A stretch of DNA of 64,000 bases from Catajapyx aquilonaris. Its lineage: Eukaryota. Below are positions 60,727 to 64,000 of the stretch, one piece after another. A program made the position numbers and the translations under genes. The DNA lies in the NCBI GenBank assembly GCA_000934665.2, contig JYFJ02001996.1, positions 1-64,000 on the forward strand, in the 5' to 3' direction. Positions within the stretch are counted from its first letter, which is position 1. Every line of letters begins with the position of its first letter. The notes below the pieces were generated by a model. The model searched no databases. It had not been told where the DNA came from and saw nothing but the letters and a program-made list of their open reading frames with translations.

Positions 60727-62130
60727 GGGCCATTCCACGTGGTATCATCACGAGGTATGCTCATGAATTTTAGATTTCCAAAATAATTTGCAGGAAGATA
60801 GACCTATCCCTAAACTCTAGATTTCCCAAGTATTTCGCTCCGCTGTCCTCAAGGTCACAAGAGGTGAGGGGATATGTCCGAGGGGGCAAATTGCAACTTT
60901 CAAACCAAGCCACTTTCAGAATCAAATATCTCAGAAACTACGCGTCGTAGCGACTCTTTTCATGGAACATTTGTTTCAGATCATTGGACGTAGGATTTGA
61001 AAATGTAATCACTTATGCGATATATGTATTGTCTAAAGAGTTACAGCTTCCCCAATATGTGTATTTTTGTCAAAATCTGCTCTCTTTCGGAATTTTTTAC
61101 TGCCGTAATATTGTATTAATTTGCAAATATTATACCTTGTCGGAGACATATCCATGTACCTGATCTCTCACAAATTATTCCACATTGTACAATATATAAA
61201 CTCGGAGAATTTAACAGTCGTATTTTGAAGAAACCTCATTTTGGCCGTTATTGAGGCGCGAAAAAATGTATGGGACAACGACTAAAAATCAGGAAGTGAG
61301 TTATTCGGATAGTCCAAAACGTGGGCTTTCTGAATATATCTACCTGATACAGTAAAACTTCTATAAGTGGAACTTCCCTAAGTCGAAGTTCTCTATAAGT
61401 CGAAGAAAATGATGAGTTTGGTTGGTCACAATGTAAAATAATAGGAAATAAACTTCCCTAACTCGAATTTCTATAACTCGAAGTTCTGGCAGGGCCTTTC
61501 GATGGGATATCAATGCATTTTCAGTCTCTCTAAGTCGAAGTTCATGTTGGCGAGTGCAGAAAATGTTCTAATGTCCTAGTCGAAGGGTCGAGAGTAGGCC
61601 ACATGTACGGAAAGGGTCAATTTCCTGATCTCAGTCTACCAGACGTACCGAAAGAAGTGTTTGACTCGATTGTGACAATTGAATCCTTGAATCGAAGAGT
61701 AGGCAAATGTCCATAACAGAGGTTTTTTTAACACCAAAACAACGAGGAACATTGTAAGTGTGATAGTGAGAGTTATTTTTAAGTTTTGATCACCTTTCGT
61801 CGCTGGATATGAAGGTAGGCTTCCTTATAGAGTTACGTGTTTTAAAAAATCCAAACTTCTCTAACTCGAATCTTCTATACCTCGAAGTTTTTTCCCGGTC
61901 CCATGGGGATTTGACTTATAGAAGTTTTACTGTATATGATAATAATCTGGCCTGGAGAGACGGTAGGGCCTTTTGTTTGAAGGCAAGTTCCTCCGGCAGC
62001 TGCGGCGTCTTCACCCGGCCATCATTGGATGGCTTCGGACCTTGCTTCAGACTCTCCAGTGTTCTCCCGTGGGGGCAGTATGATGGCCGGGTGAAGACAC
62101 CGCAGCTGCCGGCGGAACTTGCCTTCAAAC
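60727..62130. mobile_element. Second copy of the GGGCCATTCCACG foldback, right arm truncated, with a Tigger-type insert at 61350-61932
   Basis: Left arm matches 14874-15500; insert TA|CAGTAAAACTTCTATAAGT...ACTTATAGAAGTTTTACTG|TA; the site is empty in copy 1 (~15497). Confidence 0.88.
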
Positions 62131-62330
62131 ACATAGAAACCTGCATTTCTCATGCATCAAACTAGAATATTGTTGGAGTTCTTCTGTTCAAGATTTCACT
62201 TCTCAGGATAGAATCTAGGTGGCCCCACTCTCTCTCCTTATTAGTCTTCTGAAGTTAACAGTAAAATTCAAGTTCTATGACCAGTGAATCTCTGGCCAGT
62301 CAAGTAACTACATAGTATGTAATGATCTTT

Positions 62331-62388
62331 CCCCCAAAAAGGGCCCTGCCCTCGCAAGGGGTAACGTAAATAAATATAAATATAAATA
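62331..62388 (+). mobile_element. 58-bp retroposed 3' tail only
   Basis: 17-bp TSD AGTATGTAAT(G/T)ATCTTT (62314-62330, 62389-62405) around CCCCC...GGGG and an AT-rich tail. Confidence 0.75.
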
Positions 62389-64000
62389 AGTATGTAATTA
62401 TCTTTTTTTCTGCTTACCTCTTGCCAGCCCCTGGTCTACCACCCCAAGGCACCTCAAGACATGACAGTATCACTTGCCTATGGGCTTTACTCCAGGTTCA
62501 AAACTGATTAATGCCTGCAAGAGATAAGGCAAATTTAGCATACATGGTACTGCTAATTTTTATGTAGAATCGACACATGTCCCAGCTTGAGGTCACTCTT
62601 CCTGGCCAGGGATGGAAAAAGTACCGCTTCCTTCCAAGAAGCGCTTCTTTTTTCCATGTGCAGGGATAGAAAAAGAACCGCTTACCGCCCAAAGAAGAGG
62701 TTCTTTTTCCATCCCTGTTCCTGGCAGTTTTACTGTTTAGGTTGATGTTGCAGGTATTTTCATTTTCAAGTTATCGTAGGCCTTGAAGGAATGAAAGAAA
62801 TTGCACACTCACCTACAAAATTTAATGTTTATGAAGCTAGTATGAGGTTGACTTTGCTGGACTGTGTTTTTTTTCTTCTTCTTCTTTTCAATAGTGTACT
62901 TTATTGCTTCCCTGGAGGATGGACTGGGGTCTAGTAATTTTTGATGAAGACATTTGGATGAATAATAATCTTTGAGAAAATGAGTTTTTTAAAATTGACC
63001 ACATTTTACTTGACTGCCCTTGCCTCTGACATTTGCTTTGTTGAGTGATTCTCTTAATAGGTGACAATGGAGCACATTTCAATGCAAGGATATACGGTTC
63101 ATTTACATATATCAACAATGTGCCATCCCACCCAAATTATTTTATACCTAGATATTCCAGTGGTTAAGTGTCACACTGTTATTAACTGTGATCAAACCCT
63201 GATACCTACCATCCTGGCCAAGGTTTTTGTGATTTTCCATCATTCTGGATGAAAGATCATGGCAGCTTTCTTCCCTATTCATTCTCTTCTGCCTCGTGGC
63301 ATGAAGGGTGGGGAAGAGCTTTATTTTTCTATATAAGTATTTGGTTTGAAATTTTATTGGCTTTGTTGAGTACAGAAAGGAGTGATGATCTTCACATTCA
63401 GGCATAGCAAAAAAAATTGTGATTGGATTCCGTTGTGATAGCCCTTTTCAGTTGTCATTAAATGTTGACTGTTGAGTAATAATGAAATATGTGATTGACA
63501 CATGATCTAGGCATTATTGTGTCATGTGAATTGCCATTTTGTGATGTTAAGGGACCTACATGCAGTAGCATCTATCCAAGATTGTATCCAACATTGCCAA
63601 TATGTGAATGCTCCTTTAGGCAATGGGGCCTCTTATATTTTAGCTGGAAATCTTAAGTTAATAAATGGTACATTTGTGTCACAGGTTTTCATTTTTGTAA
63701 TGCGTTCTTGTATAACATAGTATGGCCAGGGTGTGGCTCCTAAAGTTCTGCCAAAAACACCAATACAATTTCATACTGACAAATTCTCTCTCTACTGAAT
63801 GTTATGTGACCATGTCGGGAGGGAAAATTAGTACTATAGAAAGTGAATCTTGGAGGCACAGCTTTAAATTGTGGCCAAGTAGACAGAATGTGGTATGATA
63901 CCAGCAATGCTGAATGGTTGCATACTTTGTTTCATGATGAACAAGGAGACAGGACAACATGCACTAGAAAAATGACCATTTTGCTCCTGCTGGTATATTT

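Overview
Eukaryotic genomic DNA, probably arthropod (inferred from ~55-95 bp GT-AG introns and the repeat families). Two spliced genes lie head-to-head. (1) A minus-strand, 10-exon, ~2,630-aa uncharacterised protein (11962-34314) with Pro-rich and RS/RE-rich regions, a candidate PP1-docking SILK-like + RVxF motif pair, and a last exon built from 17 tandem 19-20-aa repeats. (2) A plus-strand, 17-exon STK11IP (LKB1-interacting protein) orthologue of ~1,213 aa (49024-59727). The large introns and intergenic DNA are packed with non-autonomous elements: many hairpin/foldback MITEs (Tc1/mariner, Tigger/pogo, PIF/Harbinger, Kolobok-like, GGG-ended), often nested with an empty-site twin in the window; remnants of mariner, maT-like and PHD-bearing pogo transposases; RTE and RTEX-like LINE 3' ends; and several tRNA-derived SINE families. 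Best leads: a modular SINE system in which different bodies share one 3' stem-loop signature and one body carries three different tails; the repeat-tailed putative PP1 regulator; and an intronic 1.7-kb foldback whose stem pairs two consensus 5' splice sites. No prokaryotic features or CRISPR arrays. All alignments were done by eye; family names are from recollection, not searches.
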